In this document: piece by piece, positions 8,558-17,978 of the stretch
Position numbering within the stretch: the stretch's first letter is position 1
How the letters are laid out: every line of letters begins with the position of its first letter
Assembly (NCBI GenBank): GCA_038210825.1
Contig: JBBQWG010000011.1
Span: forward strand, 29,877 to 93,876
Direction: 5' to 3'
DNA: 64,000 bases
Source of the DNA: Verrucomicrobiales bacterium
GTDB lineage: Bacteria > Verrucomicrobiota > Verrucomicrobiia > Verrucomicrobiales > V1-33
Position numbers and translations under genes: made by a program
Notes under the pieces: model-generated
Seen by the model: the letters and a program-made list of their open reading frames with translations, nothing else
Databases searched by the model: none
Told to the model about the DNA's origin: nothing

Positions 8558-9978
8558 ATGGAAACGCGTTTTGAAATTGCCCATATGCTGCGGGGCCTGG
8601 AGTTCAATTCCGGGCGGGCGGTGTTGAAGTTTTTGCTTTGTATCCTGGCGGCCTGGACGGCCGCATTCTGGCCTGAACATGCAGGGCTATCGGAAGCAGG
8701 GCGTTGGTCGCTGGCCATCGTGGTGCTGGGCGCAGGCCTTTGGATGACCGAGGCCATCCCGGCTTTTGCCGTCGCCTTGCTGGTGATTGGGCTCCAGATC
8801 CTGACGCTGGGCCGTCCTGGAGGCGTGTTGCTGGGTGCTGAGGACAGTGCGGGCTGGGAGATGTTTGTCGAACCGTGGGCCAGCCCGCCCATGTGGTTGT
8901 TTTTGGGGGGTTGGTGCTGGCCCGTGCCGCAGAGCGGACCGGGTTGGACCGCCATCTTGCCTCGAGGGTGATGCGCTGGTCGGGCGGGCGGGCCCAAGTG
9001 CTGCTGCCCGCGCTGATGGGGCTGGCCTTTCTCTTCAGTATGTTCATGTCCAACACGGCCACCACGGCACTGATGCTGGTCATGCTGCGCCCGGCATTGG
9101 CCCCCCTGCCCATGGATTCGCCCGTGGCCCGCTCGTTGCTGCTCGGACTCGCGGTGGCCGCCAATCTGGGCGGGATGGCCACCCTGATCGGCTCACCCCC
9201 CAATGCCATCGCGGCGGGATTGCTGGACCGTGAAGCCCCGGTCGATTTTTTGGGCTGGGTGCTGCTGGCGATGCCGCCGTCACTCTTGCTGTTTGGCCTC
9301 GCATGGCTGCTGCTGAGGCGTCCGGTGCGCCGCTGCCCGGCCACCCTTCCGGTGGAACTGCCGGTGGCCATGGTGCTTGGCCTTGCCGTAAAACGCTGGC
9401 AGCGCCTCGCCACGCTGGCTATTTTGTTGCTGACCGTGGGACTGTGGATGTCGGGTTCATGGCATGGCATCCCCACCGCCGTGGTGTCCTTTGTGCCCAT
9501 CGTGGCACTTTCCATGACCGGTGTGATCGGACGCGATGAAATCAAAACGATTGAATGGGATGTGCTGATCCTGCTGGCTGGGGGATTGTCTCTCGGGGTT
9601 GGAATCGGAGTCTCCGGGCTGGCGGACTGGCTGGCCCACCACCTGCAAAGCACCAGCATGCCTCCCTGGCTGGCGGCCCTCGCCCTCGCATGGCTGGCGG
9701 CGCTGGTGTCCAATCTGATGAGCAATACCGCCGCGGCGAACATCCTGCTGCCCGTGACGGTAATCATCGCCCAGGCGATGCACCATGAAGCAGCCCTGTT
9801 TGTGATCCCGGTGGCCCTGGCATGCTCGGTGGCCATGGCGCTGCCTATATCCACTCCGCCCAATGCCCTCATCTATGCCAGCGGGCGGATTCGGGGAGTG
9901 GATTATTTGCCCATCGGAATAGCCATGTTCCTGATTGGTCCTCCCCTGGCCGTGGCATGGGTTTGGCTGATGCGGTGA
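8558..9978 (+). pseudogene. DASS/SLC13-type anion:Na+ symporter interrupted by a 1-nt frameshift (pseudogene or sequencing error)
   Basis: Two overlapping ORFs (8558-8971 in frame 2; 8875-9978 in frame 1) together give ~473 aa. The duplicated SNTA motifs typical of DASS/ArsB-NhaD permeases are present (FMSNTATTALML and LMSNTAAANILLPV). The frames join at the T5G6 run 8900-8910. Confidence 0.7.
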
Positions 9979-10033
9979 GATTCCGCAACGAGGCGGTCCG
10001 CCAGGGGGTGGATGGAAACTGCAGAAGAACAAG

Positions 10034-11623
10034 CTAGAGCAGCAACGCCACCGCCATCGCAGCCACCAAGCCGTAAATCAGCATCGGGATGAGTGTTTTG
10101 CGAAGGATGGCTCCCTCCACATTGGTCAGCCCCAGAACAGAACACACCGCGACGATGTTATGAATCGCGACCATGTTTCCCATGGCACCACCGACGGATT
10201 GCAGCGCCAGGAGCGTGGTGCGGTCAAATCCGCGCTGCGCGGCAATAGCGTCCTGAATCGGGCCGAAGGTGAGATTGGATATGGTGCATGAACCCGCAAA
10301 GAAAGAGCCGAGAGCACCCAGATAGGAAGCAAGATAGGGCCACCAGGGGCCGGTGGCCCCGGCGAGCGAGCTGCCAATCAACATAACGGGTGAACTTTCA
10401 CCCCCGACCATCATCAAGCGCACGAAGACCAGGGCACCGAGCAGCGCCGGGAGCGGATGGCGCATCCGGGCCGCGGATTCGAGCCACACCTTTCCAGCCG
10501 TTCCTGCCGGGGCGGCCAGCAGCCGCCACGTGATGGCTGAAATCAACACGAAGGGAATGAGCGAGGGCACGTAGAGCAGTTGATGGGTCCACTGCTCATC
10601 CGTGCGGAGGATGCCGCGCAGTTCCAGCACGAGGGACGAACTGATCGAAAAACTACCCAAAGGACCGAGTGAGACTGTCCATGCAGGCGTGGTGGCGGTT
10701 AGAAGTTCCCGCAAGCCGAGCTGGGGAATCCGCGTGATCAGCAGCACGAGCACCGTCCCCCAGAGTGGAAAGAGCGCCTTCACGACGGCACGGGGGGAAG
10801 GCGCAGACTGGACGCCGGCGGACCGGTCCTCACGGGTGAGCCCGACCTGATGCCGTGCCAGCCATACGGTGATGATCAATCCGGCCAAGCCGCCTGCCAC
10901 CGCCGGGAACTCATCATCCACCCTGGCCAGCAACAGCATCGGCAGCACGCTGGCCGCGATGGCCAGAGCGATGAATAGCGCGTTTTGCCGGATTTCCTGC
11001 CAACTGAGCAACAGGCGAAACGCCAGCCATGGCACGACGCAGGCCGCAGCGCTGTGAATCAGCGCGCTCTTCCACGCCAGTTCGCCCAATTCCTCCAGAC
11101 TCAGGTCAAGCTGCCCGAAACCGAACCAGGTAGGCGTCCCCACCGCGCCAAAGGAAACCGGCACGCTGTTCAGGATGAGGCAGGCCATGGCCACCCGCAG
11201 GGCCGGGAAACCGAGGCCGACCAGCAACGGCCCGGCCAGGGCCGCAGGTGTGCCGAAACCACTGGCACCTTCGATGAGAAATTGAAACGACCAACCAATG
11301 ATGACCACCTGGGCCACCGGATTGCGGGATATCTGATTGAGCCAGGCGCGGATGGTCTCCAAGGCACCGCTGTGTTCCATGGTGCGGAAAAAAAAGATCG
11401 CGCCCCAAACGATTGTGACCGGAGTCAACGCCACCAGCAATCCTGCAATAACTGACGCATGAACCTGCCTTGCATCCGCGCCAAACCAGGCGAGCTGAAC
11501 CAGCCAGGTCACCGCCGCTGCAAGCGGCAGCGCCCTCGCTGAAGGCATCGGCGCTTTCCTCGTCATCCAGTAGATGAGCAGCAGGATCGGTCCGGCGGCG
11601 AAGAAGAGATGAGCTGCGGGCAT
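10034..11623 (-). CDS. lctP: L-lactate/glycolate permease (LctP family)
   Basis: 529 aa, polytopic. FLIEGASGFGTPAALAGPLLVGLGFPALRVAMACLILNSVPVSFGAVGTP and SFFAGSCTISNLTFGPIQ..SVGGAMGNMVAIHNIVAV align with the equivalent E. coli LldP segments from memory. Confidence 0.85.
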   Translation of the reverse strand: MPAAHLFFAAGPILLLIYWMTRKAPMPSARALPLAAAVTWLVQLAWFGADARQVHASVIAGLLVALTPVTIVWGAIFFFRTMEHSGALETIRAWLNQISRNPVAQVVIIGWSFQFLIEGASGFGTPAALAGPLLVGLGFPALRVAMACLILNSVPVSFGAVGTPTWFGFGQLDLSLEELGELAWKSALIHSAAACVVPWLAFRLLLSWQEIRQNALFIALAIAASVLPMLLLARVDDEFPAVAGGLAGLIITVWLARHQVGLTREDRSAGVQSAPSPRAVVKALFPLWGTVLVLLITRIPQLGLRELLTATTPAWTVSLGPLGSFSISSSLVLELRGILRTDEQWTHQLLYVPSLIPFVLISAITWRLLAAPAGTAGKVWLESAARMRHPLPALLGALVFVRLMMVGGESSPVMLIGSSLAGATGPWWPYLASYLGALGSFFAGSCTISNLTFGPIQDAIAAQRGFDRTTLLALQSVGGAMGNMVAIHNIVAVCSVLGLTNVEGAILRKTLIPMLIYGLVAAMAVALLL

Positions 11624-11762
11624 GAGTCAGAAGCATTGGGAAGCAGCAGCAGCAGCGAATCACGGAAACGGGGCTGGAGGCGTGTCGGATGTCCCGCTCC
11701 GGGCCGGGGCAAAGTTTCAGCACAAGGTGGCTTTTGGGCTGCCGGAAATGAAAGTGGGCGGT

Positions 11763-14174
11763 TCAGCCTTGATTAGCTTCCTGGGCCAAAATGGCCAGGG
11801 TGGTTTTCAGGACAGTGTCAGGATTTAAGGAGATGCTATGGATGCCTTGATCGACGAGGAACTGCGCGAACTCGGGGTAGTCACTCGGGGCCTGGCCGCA
11901 GATGCCTATTTTCCGGCCTTTGGCCCGGCAGGTGGTGATGACCTGGGCGATCATCTGCTTCACGGCGGGGTTACGCTCGTCAAAGATGGGGGCGACGATT
12001 TCACTGTCGCGATCCACCCCGAGAATGAGCTGGGTGAGGTCGTTCGAACCGATGCTGAAGCCGTCGAAGATGCCGGCGAACTCTTCGGCCAGGATGACGT
12101 TGGCCGGAATTTCGCACATGACGTAAATCTCCAGGCCGTCCTGACCCCGTTTGAGCCCGTGCTTCGCCATTTCCTCCTGGACTTTGCGTCCTTCCTCAAG
12201 GGTCCGGCAAAAGGGGATCATCAGCTTCAAATTGGTGAGGCCCATCTCGTCCCGCACCTTTTTCACGGCGCGGCATTCGAGCGCGAACCCGGCTTGGTAG
12301 CGCGGGTGGTAGTAGCGGCTGGCACCGCGGAAGCCGATCATGGGATTTTCCTCGGCGGGCTCATAGGCCCGCCCGCCGATGAGGTTCGCGTATTCGTTCG
12401 TTTTGAAGTCACTCAGCCGCAGGATCACGTCCTTCGGATAAAATGCGGCCGCGATCATGGCGACGCCCTGGGCGAGTTTATCGACGAAATACTGCGGTTT
12501 GTCCGTGTAGCCTGCGGTCAGCCGGCCAATCTCCGCTTTGGCCTGCTGGTCGGCGAGCCCCTCGAAGTCGATCAATGCCAGCGGATGAATCTTGATATAA
12601 GTGCTGATGATGAACTCCATCCGCGCGAGGCCGACGCCGTCATTGGGAATGAAGGACATCGCGAAGGCCTCTTCGGGATTGGCGAGGTTCATCATCACCT
12701 GGGTGCGCGGTTTGCCGAGGGATTTGAGGTCGGTCCGCTCCACCTCGAAAGGCAGTTCGCCATCATAGACAAAGCCGGTGTCGCCCTCGGCACAGCTCAC
12801 GGTGACGATTTGACCATCCTTCAGCAGCGCCGTGCCGTGCTCGGTGCCGACGATGGCTGGCACCCCGAGTTCGCGGCTGACGATGGCCGCATGGCAGGTG
12901 CGGCCGCCGCGGTTGGTGATGATGGCGGCGGCCTTCTTCATGATCGGCTGCCAGTCGGGGTCGGTTTTATCCGTGACGAGGACTTCACCCTGCTGAAACT
13001 GGCCGATGTGCTCCGCGCTCTGGATCACCCGCACCTTCCCGGTGGCAATCCTGGCACCCACGCTGCGGCCGCTGGTCAGTACGGTGCTGCGTTGCCGGAG
13101 CTGAAAGGTTTCCAGCACGTCGAGGTCTCTGCGTGACTGCACCGTCTCCGGCCGCGCCTGCACGATAAACAATTCCCCGGTGATTCCATCCTTGGCCCAT
13201 TCGAGGTCCATTGGCGCAGGTTGGCCGCGTTTGGCGGAATAGTGATCTTCAACGATGCAGGCCCAGCGGGCCAGTTCGAGCACTTCATCATCATTCAGCG
13301 CGAGTCTGGCGCGCTCCGCAGGTGCGACGGGCACGTTCTTCACCATTTTGCCGCCGCCGCTGTCGTAGATGAGCTTGAATTCCTTGCTGCCGACGGTCTT
13401 TTGCAGGATGGGACGATGGCCGGTCCTGAGCGTGGTCTTGAAGACGGTGTATTCATCCGGCGTGACGGAGCCCTGGACCACGTTTTCGCCAAGGCCGTAA
13501 GCCGCGCTGATCATCACCGCGTCACGGAAGCCGCTTTCGGTGTCGATGGTGAACATGACGCCCGAACAGGCCAGGTCCGAGCGCACCATGCGCTGCACCC
13601 CAATGCTGAGGGCGACTTTGAAATGGTCGAAGCCCTTGTCCACGCGATAACTGATAGCACGGTCGGTGAACAGCGAGGCAAAACATCGTTTGCAGGTCTC
13701 CAGCAGCGCGGTGATGCCGTGGACATTCAGATAGGTCTCCTGCTGCCCGGCAAAACTGGCGTCCGGCAAATCTTCCGCCGTGGCCGAGGAGCGCACCGCG
13801 ACATCCAGCGGCGCTTTGGCGCTGCCCTGCAGTTGTTGGTAGGCTTCCCGGATGAGCGCCTGCAAATCGCCCGGCAGGCTGGCGTCCAGAATGGCCTGGC
13901 GCACCGCATGGCCGCGCTCGCTCAGGTTTGCCATGTCATGCGTGTCCAGATCAGCAAGGGTGGCGCGGATGGGCGCGTCGAGCCCGGCCCCGTGGATGAA
14001 GTGACGAAAGGCGTCGGCGGTGATGGCGAAGCCGTCCGGCACTTTCACGCCTTGGCCGGCCAGTTCGCGCACCATCTCCCCCAGCGAAGCGTTTTTGCCC
14101 CCGACCCGCGGCACGTCGTCTATCGTAATGTCGGCAAACCATTGGATGAAAGGAGGCAGGGTGGGAGTGGTCAT
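11763..14174 (-). CDS. ppsA: Phosphoenolpyruvate synthase (pyruvate, water dikinase)
   Basis: The track ORF runs to 14384, but the ATG at 14174 (cat 14172-14174) lies 5 nt after the upstream stop. It gives MTTPTLPPFIQWFADITIDDVPRVGGKNASLGEM, a canonical PpsA N-terminus. The phospho-His motif GGRTCHAAIVSRELGVPAIVG and a C-terminal PEP-utilising TIM domain (GICGQAPSDYPEFAQFLVDQGI) are present. Confidence 0.9.
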   Translation of the reverse strand: MTTPTLPPFIQWFADITIDDVPRVGGKNASLGEMVRELAGQGVKVPDGFAITADAFRHFIHGAGLDAPIRATLADLDTHDMANLSERGHAVRQAILDASLPGDLQALIREAYQQLQGSAKAPLDVAVRSSATAEDLPDASFAGQQETYLNVHGITALLETCKRCFASLFTDRAISYRVDKGFDHFKVALSIGVQRMVRSDLACSGVMFTIDTESGFRDAVMISAAYGLGENVVQGSVTPDEYTVFKTTLRTGHRPILQKTVGSKEFKLIYDSGGGKMVKNVPVAPAERARLALNDDEVLELARWACIVEDHYSAKRGQPAPMDLEWAKDGITGELFIVQARPETVQSRRDLDVLETFQLRQRSTVLTSGRSVGARIATGKVRVIQSAEHIGQFQQGEVLVTDKTDPDWQPIMKKAAAIITNRGGRTCHAAIVSRELGVPAIVGTEHGTALLKDGQIVTVSCAEGDTGFVYDGELPFEVERTDLKSLGKPRTQVMMNLANPEEAFAMSFIPNDGVGLARMEFIISTYIKIHPLALIDFEGLADQQAKAEIGRLTAGYTDKPQYFVDKLAQGVAMIAAAFYPKDVILRLSDFKTNEYANLIGGRAYEPAEENPMIGFRGASRYYHPRYQAGFALECRAVKKVRDEMGLTNLKLMIPFCRTLEEGRKVQEEMAKHGLKRGQDGLEIYVMCEIPANVILAEEFAGIFDGFSIGSNDLTQLILGVDRDSEIVAPIFDERNPAVKQMIAQVITTCRAKGRKIGICGQAPSDYPEFAQFLVDQGIHSISLNPDTVLKTTLAILAQEANQG

Positions 14175-14178
14175 GGCA

Positions 14179-15024
14179 TCAGGAATTTGAGTTAGGGAGA
14201 AGGTTGAAGAGGAAATCCCGCCCGGCGCGGGCACGGGCGAGGGTGTCCACCACGGTCTCGTTTTCCCGTGCTGACATTTCGATGATGAGCCCGCCTTTGA
14301 AATGATAGCGCTGAAGTTCGCTGACGACCCACGGCCAGTCGATGGCTCCATCGCCGGGAATGAGGTGCGCGTCCCGGTCGCCATGATTATCGTTGATGTG
14401 AACCATCCTGAGATGGCCGGAGAGCTTGTGAATCACGTTGCCGAGATCACCGCTGAGATGGGCATGACCGGTGTCAAGGCAGGTGCCCACCGCGCAGGTG
14501 TTGATCCCGCCGAGGAGATACATCATGTCGCTCGTCTGCCCGAAGAGCAGGTGCGGCAGCATGTTCTCCAGCAAAAGCTGCACCCCGGTCTGGCAGCAGT
14601 GCGCGGCCACCTCGTTGAGCGATAGGGCGGCATTGCGCATGCGCTGGAGAAACTCCTCCTGCGGTGGCCGTCCCGACTGTTCCGGGCCGGGATGCAGCAC
14701 GACGTTCTCCGCGCCGATCAGGGCGGCGGCCCGGCAGGCCGTGATGAGTTCGGCCACGGCTTCCGCGCGGATGTGCTCATCCAGCGCGGTGATGTCGATG
14801 CGGTCTGCAAACGGGGCATGGAAGGAGAAAGGGCGCAGCCCCAGCAGGCGCATCAGCTCACCCGCCCGCCCCACCTCATCCTCATGGTGGTAGTCGAGGT
14901 GCTTCGGAAAGGAGCAGACTTCGATGAGTTCGAATCCTCTGGCGCGGATTTCTTCGAGCACATCGCAGATGCGGTGGCGGTAAAAACAGCCTGTGGACAG
15001 GCCGATGGGCCAGGGTGCAGTCAT
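14179..15024 (-). CDS. Xylose-isomerase-like TIM-barrel protein (sugar phosphate isomerase/epimerase / AP-endonuclease-2 superfamily)
   Basis: 281 aa with family-typical metal-ligand pattern: FSFHAP, NVVLHPG, LLLENM, CLDTGHAHLSGD, VHINDNHGDRDAHLIPGDGAIDW, LIIEMS. The start overlaps the upstream gene by 4 nt (ATGA). Confidence 0.75.
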   Translation of the reverse strand: MTAPWPIGLSTGCFYRHRICDVLEEIRARGFELIEVCSFPKHLDYHHEDEVGRAGELMRLLGLRPFSFHAPFADRIDITALDEHIRAEAVAELITACRAAALIGAENVVLHPGPEQSGRPPQEEFLQRMRNAALSLNEVAAHCCQTGVQLLLENMLPHLLFGQTSDMMYLLGGINTCAVGTCLDTGHAHLSGDLGNVIHKLSGHLRMVHINDNHGDRDAHLIPGDGAIDWPWVVSELQRYHFKGGLIIEMSARENETVVDTLARARAGRDFLFNLLPNSNS

Positions 15025-16424
15025 GGGGATGGTGGGGATTGGAGTTTCAGGCGTGTGGGTTCGAGGCTGCAGGCCTCATCCCATGTCGGCGGGAAACAGA
15101 AACCTTTCTCACGCGTGGAGAGGCAATTCAGATCAAGGAGCGGATCCAGCCCGGTGGCGAGCATTCCAGCAAACAGGCGGGTGTAGAAGTCCGCCCGGAC
15201 CGCAGGCACATAGTCGCTCCAGTTCACTCCCCAGTTGAAGGCCGGGTTTTCGAACTTGGAGCGGATGAGACCCGCGATGTGCCGCGGGTGCCACTTTTCC
15301 GCCAGCAGGCAGCGGGTCAGGAGCTGAATGCCTGCGGGCTTTAGCAGGAAGTCATTCGGCCAGACCAGCAGGTGCCGCGCGCAGGGTGGGAGAGATTCCA
15401 GCGGGGTGCGGTCGTAGGTCTCGAACCAGCGTTCTTTGGGGTCATGCTGGGCGGCATAAAAGGACTCATGAAATTGGCGCAGCGGGGAGCGGAGATAGTC
15501 CTCCAGCAGGCGCGCGGTGCCTGCCGACTGCTCAGGAATGCGCACGCAGGCCCGACGCGCGAGATCACACACATCCGCGTCCACTTGCCGCATCTTGATG
15601 GCCTGGCGGATGTCGATCTCATGCAGCGGAATGGAGCGGAAGGTGGGGATCTCTTCTTCAATGCCGAGCGAGCGCGCCAGGCCGCTGACCCAGGGTTTGA
15701 GGTAGTTCGTAAAGGGCATACGCACCATGCGGGTGTGCAAAGGGTCACCATACTCGGAGATGTCGATGGAAATGATCTCGCGGTGCATGGTGGCGCACGG
15801 TCCCACCTGCACCGCGGTGATCGCCACGGGACACTGGGAAAGCGGGCCGGCGGCGGCCTTCACCTGATGCGCCAGATGCTCCATGAGCAGTGAGATAGCG
15901 GCGAACGAACGCTGGGCATTGCGATCAATCACATCCCGGAAAGGTCCGGGCACACGCTCGACGCAACTATCCAGCAGCTCCGGTGCCGGGCTGAGCGCTG
16001 TGATTTGATCTGCAACGCGGGAAGACCGTGCGATGCGCCAGACGAAATGATGCCCTTGGCCGGTGATCAGGTGCAGGGGCCGGATTCCCCACTGAAGCAG
16101 CAAGGTTTCGATCACGCGCACCACCGGTTCCTGCAGGTCAAAGGTGCGCCAGGGATCGAGATAGGCTTCGGCGGGCGAGTCAAAGTTCACATGCTCGATA
16201 TCCAAATGCAGTAGCAGCGACTCCGCGTCAGCCAGGGAGCGGGCGATGTCCAGTTCACTGGCAAGAAGCTCGTCCAGTCCCACAGGCGGGCGGAGCTGGT
16301 TGCGGTCAAACTGACAGCCGTCCGACTGGGTGACATAGGCCGCCGTCGCATGCTCCAGGGTGTCGCCACCGAGGAATTCGATGAGGCGGCAGCGCACCGC
16401 CGGATCTGCATAAATGGAAGGCAT
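15021..16424 (-). CDS. Hypothetical protein with AEP (archaeo-eukaryotic primase / Prim-Pol)-like catalytic motifs and a Cys-rich C-terminal domain
   Basis: The track ORF extends to 16631 and overlaps the ADH gene. The ATG at 16424 (cat 16422-16424) gives MPSIYADPAVRCRLIEF, 467 aa. Motifs: LLLHLDIEHVNFD (res ~71-83), HLITGQGHHFVWRI (~118-131), IISIDISEYGDPLHTRMVRMPFTNYLKP (~217-244). There are five Cys in the last ~120 aa. Confidence 0.45.
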   Translation of the reverse strand: MPSIYADPAVRCRLIEFLGGDTLEHATAAYVTQSDGCQFDRNQLRPPVGLDELLASELDIARSLADAESLLLHLDIEHVNFDSPAEAYLDPWRTFDLQEPVVRVIETLLLQWGIRPLHLITGQGHHFVWRIARSSRVADQITALSPAPELLDSCVERVPGPFRDVIDRNAQRSFAAISLLMEHLAHQVKAAAGPLSQCPVAITAVQVGPCATMHREIISIDISEYGDPLHTRMVRMPFTNYLKPWVSGLARSLGIEEEIPTFRSIPLHEIDIRQAIKMRQVDADVCDLARRACVRIPEQSAGTARLLEDYLRSPLRQFHESFYAAQHDPKERWFETYDRTPLESLPPCARHLLVWPNDFLLKPAGIQLLTRCLLAEKWHPRHIAGLIRSKFENPAFNWGVNWSDYVPAVRADFYTRLFAGMLATGLDPLLDLNCLSTREKGFCFPPTWDEACSLEPTRLKLQSPPSP

Positions 16425-16459
16425 GGAGGGAATGCGCTGGCGCAGGGGCAGAGTCAGAG

Positions 16460-17524
16460 TCAGGGCGTGATCAACACCTTCAGCACGCCTTCGGCCCGGT
16501 TGCCGAAGATTTCGTAACCCTGCTTGATGTCGGCCAGCGGGAAGCGGTGCGTCAGCAGCATTGAGGGATCGAAGCGGCCTGACTTCACCACATTGATGAG
16601 TCGGCGCATGCGCTCCTTGCCGCCGGGGCACAGCGTGGTGACAATTCGATGATCACCCAGCCCTGCGGCATAGGCTTCATAGGGAATCTGGAGCTTGCCT
16701 GAATAGACACCGAGGCTGGACAGCGTGCCTCCTGGGCGCAGGCAGCGCAGGCAGGATTCGAAGGTTTCCTGCGTGCCGAGAGCTTCGATGGCGACATCCA
16801 CGCCACCGCCGGTCAGCTTGATTACTTCCTCCACCACGTTGCACTCGCGGTGATTCAGCGTGACATCCGCCCCCATCTGGCGCGCCATTTTCAAGCGGTT
16901 CTCATCGCCATCCACGGCGATGATCAGCGTGGCACCCATCAGTTTCGCGCCCACCGTGGCGCACAGGCCGATCGGGCCTTGCGCAAAGACGACCACGGTG
17001 TCCCCGATCCTGATGCCGCCACTCTCCGCGCCGCCGAAACCCGTGGAGGCGATGTCCGCGAGCATGACCACCTGTTCGTCGGTTACGTCATCGGGGATCT
17101 TGGCCAGATTCGCCTGCGCATACGGCACCAGCAAATACTCTGCCTGGGCTCCGTTGATGGTGTTGCCAAACCGCCAGCCTCCCATCGCCTGGCAGCCGAA
17201 GCCGTGCCCGCACTGCGAGTGCTGGCCGGAGAGACAGGCGCGACACTGGCCGCAGGGCGTGATGGCTCCGACCAATACGCGGTCGCCAATGTTGTAACCG
17301 GTGACCCCCGCGCCGAGTTCTTCGATCACGCCCACCGGCTCATGGCCGATGATGAGTCCGGGCTTCACCGGATACTCACCCCGCACGATGTGGAGATCCG
17401 TTCCGCAGATGGTCGTGGCCGTGATGCGTAAAACCGCCTCCCCGGGACCGGCGGAAGGCTTGGGCACGGAATCGACGCGGATATCATTGACGCCGTGAAA
17501 CACGGTGGCGAGCATGGTTTGCAT
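16460..17524 (-). CDS. Zn-dependent alcohol dehydrogenase (MDR superfamily)
   Basis: 354 aa. Catalytic Zn site ICGTDLH..GHEPVGVIEELG, structural Zn cysteines CGQCRACLSGQHSQC, Rossmann motif VVVFAQGPIGL. Confidence 0.85.
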   Translation of the reverse strand: MQTMLATVFHGVNDIRVDSVPKPSAGPGEAVLRITATTICGTDLHIVRGEYPVKPGLIIGHEPVGVIEELGAGVTGYNIGDRVLVGAITPCGQCRACLSGQHSQCGHGFGCQAMGGWRFGNTINGAQAEYLLVPYAQANLAKIPDDVTDEQVVMLADIASTGFGGAESGGIRIGDTVVVFAQGPIGLCATVGAKLMGATLIIAVDGDENRLKMARQMGADVTLNHRECNVVEEVIKLTGGGVDVAIEALGTQETFESCLRCLRPGGTLSSLGVYSGKLQIPYEAYAAGLGDHRIVTTLCPGGKERMRRLINVVKSGRFDPSMLLTHRFPLADIKQGYEIFGNRAEGVLKVLITP

Positions 17525-17978
17525 TGGTTAGGTTGGGTGGGTTTTTGCTGTTTGCTTCTGTCACGGCCACGTGCCGTTGGTGGCCTGGCTATTGCCAAAT
17601 GCTAGCCATGCTGTTGCCCCCGCAGTTGCAGCTCCCGGCCACCAGCAGGATGAGCCCGGTTCTCCTTGTTGAAGTGGGCACGGGTGTCAATTTCCATAAG
17701 GGTGGCGGCCTTTGCTTCATGGTCCTGGCGGAGTGAGTGGGCTGGAGAAAGAAAACCCACCCCCTTTCAAACGGAGGAAGTCTGTCAAGTTTTGCCGGTG
17801 ATTGCGTAAATTACTGCGGTGGCTGCGGTCGTGGTTTCTGACAAACTGGGGCATCACGGCGCATCGTGTGGCACAGGCCCTGATCGCATTGGCAGTCATC
17901 ATCCCGGGGCGGGGGCGACTTTGCGGCGGCCCCATTTTTCAAATTCGGCGATGCTGCATGGGCGGGGCCGGGGCTGCT

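Noticed and set aside
14926-14937. gagttcgaatcc, resembling a tRNA T-arm (GGTTCGAATCC).
   Set aside because: It lies inside the TIM-barrel CDS (encodes ..GFELIE..). No acceptor, D-arm or anticodon arm can be drawn around it. I found no tRNA elsewhere in the window.
17525-17978. 454-nt intergenic region between the ADH and PfkB genes, with small track ORFs (17524-17736, 17717-17935).
   Set aside because: The ORFs have no motifs and odd composition. I could not identify a structured RNA, repeat or promoter consensus with any confidence, so I left it unannotated rather than guess.
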